A stretch of DNA of 62,290 nt from Clostridia bacterium (GCA_017456985.1 JAFTIH010000031.1:130421-192710); one strand, 5' to 3'. Counted from the stretch's first letter, positions 35,657 through 46,316 are shown. Notes: generated from the letters alone by a model not told the origin. Numbers and translations: made by a program.

Positions 35657-36919
35657 TCAAATTCCGTACCTTGCGTCTTTTCCGAGAAAATCTTCAATAG
35701 CAAGCAAACGATTGTATTTTGCGACGCGTTCCGAGCGGCACGGAGCGCCTGTCTTGATGAGCGGCGCCCCCATCGCTACCGCGAAATCGGCGATGAAGGT
35801 GTCCTCCGTCTCCCCCGAGCGGTGAGAAAGAATGAAGGCATACCCGTTTTTCTTTGCCAGCTCGATCACGCGGACCGTTTCGCTGACCGTACCGATCTGG
35901 TTGGGCTTAATGAGAATGGCGTTGGCAGCGAGAGAAGCAATTCCCTCCTCAAGCCTTTCGGTGTTCGTTACAAAAAGATCGTCTCCGACGATCAGATGCT
36001 TGTCACCAAGAGATGCCGTGAGCTTACGGAAGCCTTCAAAATCGTCCTCGCCCAAGGGGTCTTCAATCGAAAAAATAGGATATTTTTTACACAGCACTTC
36101 CATCGTCGCACAAAGCTCCTCGCGCGAAACCGTGTTCCCTCGCTTTGGCAACCGATAACCGCCTGACGTTACCCACTCGGAAGCCGCAACATCCAGCGAA
36201 ATGCGAAATTTCCTTTCGGAATATCCCGCTCTTTTCGCCGCCGCCAATATAAGCTCGATCGCCTCCTCAGTCGAAGAGACGGACGGGGCAAAGCCCCCCT
36301 CGTCACCAACACCCGTTTCCAAGCCTTTGGATCGTAGCTCCGCCTTCAAGGCATGGTAGATCTCCGCGCCCATACGCACGCCTTCGCGAAAGCTATGCGC
36401 GCCGCTCGGCACGATCATAAACTCTTGCACGTCAAGAGGGTTGTCTGCGTGCGCACCACCGTTTAAAATATTCATCATCGGCACGGGAAGCCGTTTTTCA
36501 TCTTCTGCCGAGAGATATTGCCAGAGTTCTACACCTTTCGACGCCGCTGCTGCACGCGCCACCGCCATAGAAACGCCAAGGATCGCCCCTGCGCCCAAGC
36601 GGGATTTGTTGGGGGTACCGTCAAGAGAACACAATAGCGTATCGATTGCCGTTTGTCTATCGGCGGGCATTCCGAGAAGGGCGTCCGCAATCTCCCCCTC
36701 TACCGCCTTACATTCCAAAAGGCGTCCCTTTCCCCCATACCGTTCCTTATCACCGTCCCGTTTTTCATACGCCTCGTACTTCCCCGTTGATGCGCCCGAC
36801 GGGACCATTGCCGTACCTGTAGCACCGCACTCCGTTTTTACGGTAACGGCAAGCGAGGGATTGCCGCGTGAATCAAGGATCTCTATCGCCCGTAAGGACG
36901 TGATCGTTGCTTTTTCCAT
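35657..36919 (-). CDS. eno: enolase (phosphopyruvate hydratase)
   Basis: ORF 35657..36946. ILDSRGNP, VPSGASTG and SHRSGETED motifs. ATG 36919 follows AGGAGG. Confidence 0.93.
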   Translation of the reverse strand: MEKATITSLRAIEILDSRGNPSLAVTVKTECGATGTAMVPSGASTGKYEAYEKRDGDKERYGGKGRLLECKAVEGEIADALLGMPADRQTAIDTLLCSLDGTPNKSRLGAGAILGVSMAVARAAAASKGVELWQYLSAEDEKRLPVPMMNILNGGAHADNPLDVQEFMIVPSGAHSFREGVRMGAEIYHALKAELRSKGLETGVGDEGGFAPSVSSTEEAIELILAAAKRAGYSERKFRISLDVAASEWVTSGGYRLPKRGNTVSREELCATMEVLCKKYPIFSIEDPLGEDDFEGFRKLTASLGDKHLIVGDDLFVTNTERLEEGIASLAANAILIKPNQIGTVSETVRVIELAKKNGYAFILSHRSGETEDTFIADFAVAMGAPLIKTGAPCRSERVAKYNRLLAIEDFLGKDARYGI

Positions 36920-37012
36920 ATTTCCTCCTAAAAAATTGCCGTGCAAATTGCTTGCACGGCAATTGACATATATTTAGTATTCGGGAATTCGGAAAAACTA
37001 TGCGCCCCTTAT

Positions 37013-38032
37013 TTAGTCATCGGGATAGCCGTCGGGATTCTGGCGCTGCCAACGTGCGGCATCCTCGCACATTTTTTCGAGATTTCTCTCAGCACGCCAG
37101 CCAAGAACCTCGTATGCGAGCTTCGGATTGGCATAGCACTGTGCAACGTCGCCGCTTCTGCGCTCAACGAACTGATAAGGGATTTCTGCGCCCCAAGCCT
37201 TCGAGAACGCCGCAACGATGTCAAGAACGGAATAGCCCGTACCCGTACCGATGTTATAATACTCGATACCCGTGACCTTTTCCGTGCGCTTGAGCGCGCA
37301 CAAGTGAGCGAGCGCCAGGTCAACGACGTGGATGTAGTCACGCACACCCGTTCCGTCGGGCGTGGGATAGTCGTTACCGAATACGCGCAAATAATCCAGC
37401 TTACCTGCCGCAACCTTGGCAACGTAAGGCAAAAGGTTGTTCGGAATACCGCGCGGATCCTCACCGATCAAGCCGCTTTCGTGAGCACCGATGGGGTTAA
37501 AGTAGCGGAGCACGCAAGCGGAAAGCTCGGGACGAGCGTGGCAAGCGTCCTTCAGAATACGCTCGATCATCAGCTTGGTCTCGCCGTAAGGATTGGTGGT
37601 GGAAAGCGGGAAATCCTCCGAGATCGGCACGCTCTTGGGAACACCGTAAACGGTTGCCGAGGAGCTGAACACGATGCGGTTGACACCGTACTTTTCCATA
37701 CAGGAAAGAAGGTTGAAGGTACCCGTCAGGTTGTTGTGATAATAAAGAATGGGAAGGGCTACCGACTCGCCGACTGCCTTAAGACCTGCAAAATGGATAA
37801 CGGAATCGATCTCGGGATGCTCCGCAAAAACGCGATCCAGCGCGTCCATATCCAACAGATCGGCGCACACGAACGCGGGGCGAACACCCGTGATCGTTTC
37901 GATGCGATCGAGAACGCACTTTTTGCTGTTTTTCAAATTGTCAACGATAATAACCTTTTCGCCCGTTTTTAAGAGCTCTACCGTCGTATGCGAGCCGATA
38001 AAGCCGGTACCGCCCGTTACAAGAATTGCCAT
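37013..38032 (-). CDS. galE: UDP-glucose 4-epimerase
   Basis: ORF 37013..38083. VTGGTGFIGSH and YGETK motifs. ATG 38032 follows AAGGAG. Confidence 0.92.
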   Translation of the reverse strand: MAILVTGGTGFIGSHTTVELLKTGEKVIIVDNLKNSKKCVLDRIETITGVRPAFVCADLLDMDALDRVFAEHPEIDSVIHFAGLKAVGESVALPILYYHNNLTGTFNLLSCMEKYGVNRIVFSSSATVYGVPKSVPISEDFPLSTTNPYGETKLMIERILKDACHARPELSACVLRYFNPIGAHESGLIGEDPRGIPNNLLPYVAKVAAGKLDYLRVFGNDYPTPDGTGVRDYIHVVDLALAHLCALKRTEKVTGIEYYNIGTGTGYSVLDIVAAFSKAWGAEIPYQFVERRSGDVAQCYANPKLAYEVLGWRAERNLEKMCEDAARWQRQNPDGYPDD

Positions 38033-38045
38033 TTGCCTTTTCTCC

Positions 38046-38951
38046 TTATTTCCAAAGCCCGTCTGCGGGATATACGCCTGCATCTGCGAGCTTTTTAAAG
38101 TTTTCCACTACCGTAGGACGGTCTTCCTGATACGTAACGCCAAACCATTTGTCGGGCGTAACGAGGACCTTAACATCACAAAGCCCCTGCTTTACCGCTT
38201 CGCTCGTTACGATGGGCAGATAGCACTCGCCCTTCATACGGTCGATCGTTTCATCCTTCAAGAACTTATCGAGCTCGGTAACGATGGGCTCGAAGATCTT
38301 GGGGGTAAAGCCAAAGAAGTTCATCGACGCCACGGAATCGCCCGAAAGCGGATGCCATACGTCCTCTTCAAGATACTCTGCATCAGCGCCCGCAACGCGG
38401 ATCTTGGTGCGCTCTGCGATCGAAAGAAGCGTACCGTCCTCTGTCGCCTCGCAAATACCGCGGGAAACGGAGCCGTTTTCCGTCAAGGTGTTAGCAAGCT
38501 TGTAGCCCACCATACAGAAATGAGAATCCTCATCCGTCTGATTGTGAGCATCTAAGTATTCCTTTGCGATGCGGAACGCATCTACGCCGTAATAATCGTC
38601 TGCGTTGATTACCGCAAAGTTTCCGCTGATCTTATCGCGCGCGCAAAGGAGTGCGTGCGCAGTACCAAGAGGCTTGGTGCGATCGGCGGGAAGCTGTGCC
38701 GCCTGCTCGGCGTTCAGCTCCTGGAATGCGTAGTCAACCTTGATCGCGTGCTCAAGGCGTGTGCCGATCGTGGAGCGGAAAACGTCATAATTTTCTCTCT
38801 TAATGATGAAAACGACCTTATCGTATCCCGCACGAACAGCATCGTAAACGGAAAAGTCGATAATAAACTCACCGGAAGGACCCACGGGGTCGATCTGCTT
38901 TAATCCCCCGTAGCGGGAGCCCATACCTGCTGCAAGCACCACAAGTGTCAT
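38046..38951 (-). CDS. sugar-1-phosphate nucleotidyltransferase family protein
   Basis: N-terminal LAAGMGSRYGG nucleotide-binding loop. SD AGGAGG. Adjacent to galE. Confidence 0.82.
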   Translation of the reverse strand: MTLVVLAAGMGSRYGGLKQIDPVGPSGEFIIDFSVYDAVRAGYDKVVFIIKRENYDVFRSTIGTRLEHAIKVDYAFQELNAEQAAQLPADRTKPLGTAHALLCARDKISGNFAVINADDYYGVDAFRIAKEYLDAHNQTDEDSHFCMVGYKLANTLTENGSVSRGICEATEDGTLLSIAERTKIRVAGADAEYLEEDVWHPLSGDSVASMNFFGFTPKIFEPIVTELDKFLKDETIDRMKGECYLPIVTSEAVKQGLCDVKVLVTPDKWFGVTYQEDRPTVVENFKKLADAGVYPADGLWK

Positions 38952-39002
38952 AAAAAACCTCCTAATTCTTCTTTTATCTTTATGTTTCCTTAATATAGCA
39001 AA

Positions 39003-39031
39003 AAAGAGTAGAAAAATCCACTCTTTTTTGT
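39003..39031. terminator. terminator after rpmA (bidirectional form)
   Basis: AAAAAGAGTAG-AAAAATC-CACTCTTTTTT hairpin with flanking A and T runs. Confidence 0.7.
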
Positions 39032-39036
39032 CGTCT

Positions 39037-39312
39037 TTACTCTGCAGTTACGCTCACGTACTTTTTGCCCTCGGTCGTGGTGAACTTGACCTGTCCATCA
39101 ACAAGTGCAAAAAGGGTATCGTCCGAGCCGTGACCGACGTTCTTGCCGGGGCGGATCTTGGTACCGCGCTGTCTAACCAGGATGTTGCCTGCTACAACGT
39201 ACGCACCGTCAGCCTTCTTTACGCCAAGACGCTTGGACTCGCTGTCGCGACCGTTCTTGGTGGAACCGACACCTTTTTTATGAGCAAAGAACTGTAAACT
39301 CAGTTTAAGCAT
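39037..39312 (-). CDS. rpmA: 50S ribosomal protein L27 (with cleavable N-terminal extension)
   Basis: [24 protein letters not shown]: Firmicute pro-L27 with the F/A cleavage context. Confidence 0.93.
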   Translation of the reverse strand: MLKLSLQFFAHKKGVGSTKNGRDSESKRLGVKKADGAYVVAGNILVRQRGTKIRPGKNVGHGSDDTLFALVDGQVKFTTTEGKKYVSVTAE

Positions 39313-39341
39313 GGTAGTTACCTCCGTAAATTTTGTGTTGC

Positions 39342-39704
39342 TTACTCGGAAAACGGCTTTTCCACGGCGTCAACGCAGAGATACTCAAAGTATTCCTCCG
39401 TTAACTCCTTAAGCTGCTCATAGTAAGCGAGGATAAGTCCCGAAATGGCATATCGCTTTTTCTCATCCGACTCGTACTCTGCCAGCGCACCGCGTGCAAT
39501 GAGGGTGACGTCGGCACTTTCTTCGTCGTAATCGTATTCAGCGATAGAGCCGTAAGCGACCTCAATGGCATTGATCACAAGCATCGTCATAGCAGAGAGT
39601 GCAGAGCAAAGAATATCTCGCCCTTCCTCGTCATACCCTGCGTGCCCGCTTTCCGTAAAGCCGTAAAAGACGCCCTCGGACTTATAAAACGTAATGTGCG
39701 TCAT
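39342..39704 (-). CDS. prp: ribosomal-processing cysteine protease Prp
   Basis: GHAGY...ILCSALS motif. Located between rplU and rpmA. Confidence 0.9.
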   Translation of the reverse strand: MTHITFYKSEGVFYGFTESGHAGYDEEGRDILCSALSAMTMLVINAIEVAYGSIAEYDYDEESADVTLIARGALAEYESDEKKRYAISGLILAYYEQLKELTEEYFEYLCVDAVEKPFSE

Positions 39705-39709
39705 GTAGA

Positions 39710-40018
39710 TTAACCTACGATAGACTTGATTTCGACTTTGGTATAATCCTGTCTGTGGCCGATCTTCTTCTTCTCGTTCTTCTTAGACTTGTACTTGAAG
39801 ACGTAGATCTTCTTACCGCGGCCGGACTTTACAACCGTTGCGGTAACGCTGGCACCCTCAACGTAAGGAGCACCAACCTTGAAGGAGTCGCCGCCGATTG
39901 CGAGAACCTTATCAAAGGTAAACTCAGCACCGTCCTCGACACCCAGCTTTTCAACGAAGATCACGTCACCTTCGCTGACCTTGTACTGCTTTCCACCCGT
40001 TTCAATAACTGCGAACAC
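39710..40018 (-). CDS. rplU: 50S ribosomal protein L21
   Basis: ORF 39710..40042. GTG 40018 after AGAGAGG gives the canonical (M)[13 protein letters not shown]. Confidence 0.92.
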   Translation of the reverse strand: MFAVIETGGKQYKVSEGDVIFVEKLGVEDGAEFTFDKVLAIGGDSFKVGAPYVEGASVTATVVKSGRGKKIYVFKYKSKKNEKKKIGHRQDYTKVEIKSIVG

Positions 40019-40131
40019 GAAAAGCACCTCTCTTTCTTTCAAAAATCGCTACGCAAGGCGGTGGCAAGCCACACTTTAAAGCCTATCCATAAGCGTCATA
40101 TTATTTTAGCACACTTTTTTTAGTTTGTCAA
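40019..40131 (-). promoter_or_regulatory. rplU promoter (TTGACA-17-TGcTAAAAT) plus ~80-nt leader (possible L21-type r-protein leader)
   Basis: Minus strand: TTGACA (40131-40126), 17-nt spacer, TAAAAT (40108-40103). The leader contains the GTGGC-TTGCCAC hairpin region. Leader family not verified. Confidence 0.45.
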
Positions 40132-40183
40132 TAGCAAAATTAAAATTTCCCGAGATTTTTTGGGATCTCGGGAAACTTTTTCT

Positions 40184-42586
40184 TTATTTTACAACGATAT
40201 TCAAAATCTTGTTGGGAACAAGGATCTCTTTGACGACCGTTTTTCCCTCTACGAGCGAGGAAACACGGGCATCAGCCATCGCTGCGGCAAGCACGGTATC
40301 CTTATCCGAGCCGACGGGGAGCGTCACGGTTGCACGGAGCTTACCGTTGACCTGCACCGCCATCTCGACGACGGCGTCCACGGTCTTGCTTTCATCGTAC
40401 GTAGGCCACTCGGCTACGGCACACAGGTCCGCGTTCCCAAGGAACTCAGACCAGATCTCCTCACACAGATGAGGCGCAAAGGGATCGAGCAGGCGAACGA
40501 ACACCGAAAGCTCATCCTTGGTGATCGTTTTCGCCTCGTAAACCTCGTTAACGTATGCCATCATGGCGGCGATCGCCGTGTTGAACTTCATATTGTCAAT
40601 ATCCGAGGTGACCTTCTTCACCAGCTTATGCGTAGCAGAGGCGAGCTTGCTCTCGCCCGTACCCTGGCACAAGTCCGTCATACCCGCAACACGCTCAAGG
40701 AAGCGCTTGCAGCCGCGCACGCTGTTTTCGGACCAGGGCGCAGACTTCTCATAGTCGCCCATAAAGAGGATATACAAGCGCAAAACGTCGGCGCCGAACT
40801 CCTCTACGACGACGTTGGGGTCAACGACGTTACCGCGCGACTTACTCATCTTTTCGCCATCGGGACCGAGGATCAGACCCTGTGCGGTACGCTTTGCGTA
40901 AGGCTCTTCGCAAGGCACGACACCGATGTCATACAGGAATTTATGCCAGAAGCGAGAGTAGATCAGGTGGCGCGTCACGTGCTCCATACCGCCGTTATAC
41001 CAGTCAACGGGCATCCAATACGCGAGCTTTTCGGAATCGGCAAGCGCGTCTTCGTTGTGCGGGTCGATGTAGCGCAGGAAGTACCAGGAGGAGCCCGCCC
41101 ACTGCGGCATCGTATCCGTTTCGCGCTTGGCATCTCTGCCACACTTGGGACACTTGCAGTTGACGTACTCGGGAAGTGCTGCCAACGGGCTTTCGCCGCC
41201 CTCGCCCGGCTTGAAATCCTTCATCGCGGGCAAGCGCAGAGGAAGCTCCTCGTAAGGAACGGCTACCATACCGCAATGCTCGCAATGAACGATCGGGATG
41301 GGCTCGCCCCAATATCTCTGGCGATTGAACGCCCAGTCCTTCATCTTGTACTGAACGCCGCCCTCGCCGACGCCCGTCTCTGTGAGATAGGCGATCATGC
41401 GCTGAATGGAATCCTGCTTGTTCGTATAGCCGTTGAGGAAATCAGAATTGATGACCTCGCCGTCGCCGGTGTATGCGGCGGTATCAACGTCGCCGCCCTT
41501 GATGACGGGAATAATGTCAATGCCGAATTTCTTAGCGAAATCGTAGTCACGCTCGTCGTGAGCGGGCACCGCCATAATGGCACCCGTGCCGTAGCCCATC
41601 ATAACGTAGTCGGAAATGTAAACGGGGATCTCCTTGCCGCTGACGGGGTTGATCGCGGTAATGCCCTCAATACGCACACCCGTTTTATCCTTCACGAGCT
41701 GCGTGCGCTCAAACTCCGTTTTCTTGGCACATTCGCCGCGATAGGCTTCGATCGCGTCCATATTGGCAATGCGGTCAGCGTATGTATCGATCAAGGGATG
41801 CTCGGGCGCGATAACCATAAAGGTCACGCCGAAGAGCGTGTCGGGACGGGTGGTATAAATGCGAAGCGTGTCCTCGATTCCCTTCAAGCCGAAGCGGACG
41901 AAGGCGCCCGTGGATTTACCGATCCAGTTTCTCTGCTGCATCTTGACGTTGGGAAGATAATCGACCTCCTCCAAGCCCGCCAGAAGCTTATCCGCGTATT
42001 CGGTAATACGCAAATACCAAACGTCCTTGGTCTTCTGGATGATGTCATTGTGGCAGATGTCGCATTTACCGCCCTGCGAGTCCTCGTTGGAGAGAACGAC
42101 CTTACAGCTGGGGCAATAGTTGACGAGCGTGGTGTCGCGGAAGGCAAGACCGTGCTCAAACATCTTCAAGAAGATCCACTGCGTCCAGCGGTAGTAGTCC
42201 TCCGTCGTGGTATCGATCACACGCGACCAGTCAAAGGAAAAGCCGACGCGCTTAAGCTGCGAAGAAAAGCGTGCGATGTTGGTATCCGTTACCTCACGGG
42301 GGTGAATACCCGTCTTGATAGCGTAGTTTTCGGTAGGAAGACCGTAGGCGTCAAAGCCGATGGGAAAGAGCACGTTGTACCCTTCCATTCTCTTTTTGCG
42401 GCAGATGACCTCCATACCCGAATACGCCTTGATATGACCGACGTGCATACCTGCGCCGCTGGGATACGGGAATTCCACGAGTGCGTAAAACTTCTTTTTG
42501 CTTCTGTCATCACTCGCTTCAAAAACGTGGGCGTCCTCCCACTTCTTTTGCCATTTGGGTTCAATGGCGGAAAATTCGTGTTTCAT
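40184..42586 (-). CDS. leuS: leucine--tRNA ligase
   Basis: 800 aa with HVGH (HIGH) and KMSKS motifs. Confidence 0.95.
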   Translation of the reverse strand: MKHEFSAIEPKWQKKWEDAHVFEASDDRSKKKFYALVEFPYPSGAGMHVGHIKAYSGMEVICRKKRMEGYNVLFPIGFDAYGLPTENYAIKTGIHPREVTDTNIARFSSQLKRVGFSFDWSRVIDTTTEDYYRWTQWIFLKMFEHGLAFRDTTLVNYCPSCKVVLSNEDSQGGKCDICHNDIIQKTKDVWYLRITEYADKLLAGLEEVDYLPNVKMQQRNWIGKSTGAFVRFGLKGIEDTLRIYTTRPDTLFGVTFMVIAPEHPLIDTYADRIANMDAIEAYRGECAKKTEFERTQLVKDKTGVRIEGITAINPVSGKEIPVYISDYVMMGYGTGAIMAVPAHDERDYDFAKKFGIDIIPVIKGGDVDTAAYTGDGEVINSDFLNGYTNKQDSIQRMIAYLTETGVGEGGVQYKMKDWAFNRQRYWGEPIPIVHCEHCGMVAVPYEELPLRLPAMKDFKPGEGGESPLAALPEYVNCKCPKCGRDAKRETDTMPQWAGSSWYFLRYIDPHNEDALADSEKLAYWMPVDWYNGGMEHVTRHLIYSRFWHKFLYDIGVVPCEEPYAKRTAQGLILGPDGEKMSKSRGNVVDPNVVVEEFGADVLRLYILFMGDYEKSAPWSENSVRGCKRFLERVAGMTDLCQGTGESKLASATHKLVKKVTSDIDNMKFNTAIAAMMAYVNEVYEAKTITKDELSVFVRLLDPFAPHLCEEIWSEFLGNADLCAVAEWPTYDESKTVDAVVEMAVQVNGKLRATVTLPVGSDKDTVLAAAMADARVSSLVEGKTVVKEILVPNKILNIVVK

Positions 42587-42610
42587 AGTTCTCTATCGTC
42601 CTTTTTATAC

Positions 42611-43015
42611 TTATTCGTCTTTGGAGTCGTTTTCTTGCAGATCGGCAAGCGGTAGGAAGGCTTCGGGCTTAAATAGTCGCTCAAAGCGATAAAATTCTGC
42701 GGCTTCCTTACCAAAAACGTGAACGATCACGTCGCCAAAATCAAGAAGCGCCCAGTCGCCGCTCTCGAACCCCTCGCGGTGGCGCGCATAAACGCCGCAA
42801 GCGGCAAGCGCATCCATCGTATCGTTTGCCAAGGCGCGTACGTGCGTGGAAGAGCGTCCGTAGCCAACCACGTAGTAATCGGTCAGCGCCGAGCCCTCCG
42901 TTGCGATCAGCTTCACGTCCTCGGAAAGCTTTTGAAGCAAAACGCGGCAAGCTTCCTTTGCAACCGTGAGCGAGGGTGCGTCCGACAAATCGGGGTGGGT
43001 TTCAAACATGTTCAT
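42611..43015 (-). CDS. rsfS: ribosome silencing factor RsfS
   Basis: 134 aa. DYYVVGYGRSSTHVRA and DFGDVIVHVF motifs. Confidence 0.9.
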   Translation of the reverse strand: MNMFETHPDLSDAPSLTVAKEACRVLLQKLSEDVKLIATEGSALTDYYVVGYGRSSTHVRALANDTMDALAACGVYARHREGFESGDWALLDFGDVIVHVFGKEAAEFYRFERLFKPEAFLPLADLQENDSKDE

Positions 43016-43033
43016 TTTGCCTCCTTTCCGTTT

Positions 43034-44062
43034 TTAATGCTGTGTGATTTTGATGGCTACCGCCTCCTTGGGAGTCAGTACACGGTATCGCGTATCGGGA
43101 TCGTTATAGGCGTTGCGAAGCGCCGTTTTTTCCTCGCACGTAAACCGCTTTTGCGCGTCAAATCGGTAACCCGCAAGCGCGAGCTGCTCCGAGAGCATCC
43201 GCTCGGTAGCATCGCGATGCAAAAGGTAGTACCAGACACCGTTGTAGCACAAGGGCTCCCCGGGCAAGCGCATCATAGAAAGCGCAGGCTCACCCGCGCG
43301 CTTCCAATATGCCATCAATAGATTAATTATATCTTTTTCCCCAAGATTAGTCAATAGGTTTGGCAGAATTTTTTGATAAATCCCCAGATATTGATCGAAT
43401 TTCTTCAATTTGGGAAGCGCCTCACACATCCCCGAAAGAAAGCGCATCTGTGCGTCCAGCCGCCCAAGATCTCCTTCCGCATAGCTTTTTCGGTGCCGAA
43501 CAAAGGCGGCAGCTTGTTCTCCCGTAAGGGATCGCTCTCCCGCAGGAATGACGGCGTTCTTCCCTGTTTGCTCGCTGTAATAAGGAACGTCCGTCGGAAC
43601 CGTCACCCGAACCCCGCCCAAGAGATCGACAAGATCCGACACCACGTGCGTGTCAAATACGACGTACCCGTCAAGAGAGATGCCAAAGGCATCGCTCATT
43701 GCGTCGCAAAACTTATCTGCCGCATCTTTTGTTCCATATTTTGAAGCATATCCGGAATAGATACGGTTGATTTTCCCCTCACCGTTTGGGGTACGATAAT
43801 AGGTATCCCGCGGGATCTGGATCATTTTAACCGTTTCCGCCTGGGGGGAAACGTGACAAAGCATCATCATATCGGTATGGTAGCCCGCCTCATCCACGCC
43901 TGAAAGGAGCACCGTAATGCCCTCCTTGTCACCCGAAAGCGCCTGGGTGCTTTCGTCCTCCCAACGCCAAAGATAAAAAAAGACCGAAAGGGTCACCGAA
44001 AGAGATAAAAGCAAAGAAAAAAGCACCGTAAGGCGCTTTTTCGTTAAGATCATTTTTTTCAT
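43034..44062 (-). CDS. LCP (LytR-CpsA-Psr) family protein
   Basis: N-terminal TM anchor plus LCP core (TDMMMLCHV...IPRDTY). Confidence 0.85.
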   Translation of the reverse strand: MKKMILTKKRLTVLFSLLLSLSVTLSVFFYLWRWEDESTQALSGDKEGITVLLSGVDEAGYHTDMMMLCHVSPQAETVKMIQIPRDTYYRTPNGEGKINRIYSGYASKYGTKDAADKFCDAMSDAFGISLDGYVVFDTHVVSDLVDLLGGVRVTVPTDVPYYSEQTGKNAVIPAGERSLTGEQAAAFVRHRKSYAEGDLGRLDAQMRFLSGMCEALPKLKKFDQYLGIYQKILPNLLTNLGEKDIINLLMAYWKRAGEPALSMMRLPGEPLCYNGVWYYLLHRDATERMLSEQLALAGYRFDAQKRFTCEEKTALRNAYNDPDTRYRVLTPKEAVAIKITQH

Positions 44063-44136
44063 AAAAACACCGCCTTTTGCGCTAGTTTCTGCAAAAGGCG
44101 GTCAAGTTTATACGCAAAATCAGCGTGCAGTTTTTG

Positions 44137-44757
44137 TTAAAAAAACCGTTTCCCATCCACAAGAGCATTATAGGCTTCCACGCTGCCGCGGGCGATATGC
44201 TTTTTCTTATGAAGCAGTCCCGTACAAGAACACACAAGAGCCGCAAGCAGTACCTCGCGGAAGCGATCCATATCGGTTTCTCCCGTCCTCAGCTTTGCGT
44301 GCAACAGATCACGAAGCGCTTTGCATTCAGGATACGTGCGCCCTTCCTCGGTAAAATCGGCGAGAAAGAGCATCGCATCAAGGAGCGTGAAGGGGACCGC
44401 TAGGGTGGTATGCTTTTCGATCGCCTCGCAAACCGCGTCGCTTGCAAAGTCGGGAAAATACTGTTTCGCAAAATAGGCACCCGTTTTTGCGTGAACGAGT
44501 GCGGGAGCGGCAAGCTCATCCTCCGTGAGCGCAATTCCCTTTTCTCTTGCGTAAGTGACCTGCTCCTCTAGGGTCAAAAACTTCGTCACGTCGTGAAGAA
44601 GCGCCGCAGCAGCAGCTTCCTTTATGAGGTCGGGCGCCAAGCGCGCTGCAAGATAACGGATCTCCTTCTCCACGCCCAGCGTGTGCAGATAGCGCTCCTC
44701 ACGCATATGCGAGCGCACCGCAACGCGAAGCTCGTCAAGCATCGTTTCGGTGATCAT
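44137..44757 (-). CDS. yqeK: bis(5'-nucleosyl)-tetraphosphatase (symmetrical), HD domain
   Basis: HD motif LLHDVTK. ATGA overlap with the nadD stop. Confidence 0.88.
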   Translation of the reverse strand: MITETMLDELRVAVRSHMREERYLHTLGVEKEIRYLAARLAPDLIKEAAAAALLHDVTKFLTLEEQVTYAREKGIALTEDELAAPALVHAKTGAYFAKQYFPDFASDAVCEAIEKHTTLAVPFTLLDAMLFLADFTEEGRTYPECKALRDLLHAKLRTGETDMDRFREVLLAALVCSCTGLLHKKKHIARGSVEAYNALVDGKRFF

Positions 44758-45365
44758 CGGTAAAGCTCCTTTTCGTTGACGTAGGCACGCACAGCATCCG
44801 TCAGCATTCCATCCGTGCTTTTGCCGCTTGCGATCCGCGCACGGATCATAGAGGAAGAAAGCTCGATCGCCTCCGCTTGTAAAAAGCGCACGGTAGCACC
44901 GAAACGCGCCTTGTAATCGTTAGCCTTGCGCAAAAGCGCCTCGCCATCCGTTTGCTCGTTTTCTCTGCGAATGCAGGCGATCTCCGCAAGCGCAAAGATC
45001 ACCTCGGGCTCGTGCCACTCGTCAAGCGTTAAGAACATATCCGTTCCGCACAAAAAAACGAGGCGAACGTCCTCGCGGGAAAGCGCGCGGAGCGTATCCG
45101 AGGTATAGCTTTTCCCTTCCCGCAAGATCTCAAGGTCCGACACCGTGATCCGCTCGGAAAAATCAAACGCAAGACGGCACATAGCAAGGCGTTGCTCTGC
45201 CGTGGTGCGGTCGTGATTGACCTTGTGCGGCGGGCGGTACGTCGGCATAATGATCAGCTCGTCGATCTCTCCCAGCGCAAGGAAGGTCCTTGCCGCGTGA
45301 ATATGACCGACGTGAGGCGGCGAAAAGGTGCCGCCGTATAGTCCGATACGCTTTAAGTGCGCCAT
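44754..45365 (-). CDS. nadD: nicotinate-nucleotide adenylyltransferase
   Basis: ORF 44754..45416. GGTFSPPHVGH motif. ATG 45365 follows GAGGAGG. Confidence 0.9.
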   Translation of the reverse strand: MAHLKRIGLYGGTFSPPHVGHIHAARTFLALGEIDELIIMPTYRPPHKVNHDRTTAEQRLAMCRLAFDFSERITVSDLEILREGKSYTSDTLRALSREDVRLVFLCGTDMFLTLDEWHEPEVIFALAEIACIRRENEQTDGEALLRKANDYKARFGATVRFLQAEAIELSSSMIRARIASGKSTDGMLTDAVRAYVNEKELYR

Positions 45366-45412
45366 ATGCGCCTCCTCATTCTCTTTTGGAAAGAAAGGTT
45401 TTTCGCTTTGGA

Positions 45413-45706
45413 TCACTTCGGGAGCTCGATCCGCTTTTTCTCGGTAGATTCGCGATATAAAACGAAGCGATTGCCAACGACGGCAACCTCCTCGGCACCC
45501 AACTTTTCGGAAATGATGTCTGCCGCCTCACGCGCAGTATATTCGCAGTTTTCAAGAACGCGAAGCTTGATCAGCTCGCGTGCCTCAAGGCAGTTGCTGA
45601 TCTGCTGACACATCTCCTCGCTGATGCCGCCCTTCCCAACCTGAAACACGGGGTTAAGCTCGTGTGCCATTTTGCGCAGATATGCGCGCTGTTTTCCCGT
45701 TAGCAT
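45413..45706 (-). CDS. yhbY: YhbY family (CRM domain) RNA-binding protein
   Basis: ORF 45413..45745. MLTGKQRAYLRKMAH...VQVGKGG matches the YhbY N-terminus. ATG 45706. Confidence 0.85.
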   Translation of the reverse strand: MLTGKQRAYLRKMAHELNPVFQVGKGGISEEMCQQISNCLEARELIKLRVLENCEYTAREAADIISEKLGAEEVAVVGNRFVLYRESTEKKRIELPK

Positions 45707-45707
45707 C

Positions 45708-46316
45708 TTAGTTTTTCTCCGTTCTTCTCTTGTACTCTGCGGCAAAGGCTCTGAGCGCCTTACCGCGATGGCTGATCGCGTTCTTTTCCTCGGGCGTCAC
45801 GCTTGCCAGCGTTTTGCCGTATTCCTCGACGTAAAAGAGCGGATCATACCCAAAGCCGCCACTTCCCTCTTCCTTGTAGAGGAGTGTTCCCTCACAAGAA
45901 GCACGCACGGTAAACGCATCCCCCTCGGGAAATACGCAAGCGATCGCGCAGGTAAAGCGCGCGGTGCGCTTCTCGGGCGGAACGTCCTTCATATTTTCTA
46001 GCAAAAGGCGGTTATTATCCGCGTCGTTGCCGTGACCGCCAGAATAGCGCGCGGAATAGATGCCCGGAGCGCCGTCAAGAGCGTCCACCTCAAGTCCCGA
46101 ATCGTCTGCAATACACAGATATCCGAGCTTTGCAACCGTTCTTGCCTTGATCAAGGCGTTCTCCTCAAAGGTCGTGCCATCCTCTACGATGTCATCGAAA
46201 AATCCGATGTCACGCAACGACAGCACGGTGATATCGTCCTCGGCAAAGCATTCCGCGAGAATTTTCGTCACCTCACGGATCTTGCCTTGATTGTTACTTG
46301 CAAAAACCAACTTCAT
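45708..46316 (-). CDS. rdgB: XTP/dITP diphosphatase (RdgB/HAM1)
   Basis: FASNNQGK, DSGLEVDAL and FGYDP motifs. Confidence 0.9.
   Translation of the reverse strand: MKLVFASNNQGKIREVTKILAECFAEDDITVLSLRDIGFFDDIVEDGTTFEENALIKARTVAKLGYLCIADDSGLEVDALDGAPGIYSARYSGGHGNDADNNRLLLENMKDVPPEKRTARFTCAIACVFPEGDAFTVRASCEGTLLYKEEGSGGFGYDPLFYVEEYGKTLASVTPEEKNAISHRGKALRAFAAEYKRRTEKN

Noticed and set aside
42587-42610. Expected a T-box leader upstream of leuS
   Set aside because: Only 24 nt separate leuS from rsfS. leuS is evidently co-transcribed with the nadD-yqeK-LCP-rsfS genes, and no specifier or T-box sequence is present.
40160-42655. 831-aa ORF on the + strand spanning the whole of leuS in antisense
   Set aside because: The product is low-complexity (Arg/Leu/Val/Gly-rich) with no recognisable motifs and no SD. 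The opposite strand encodes a complete LeuS with HIGH and KMSKS motifs. This is a codon-bias shadow frame.
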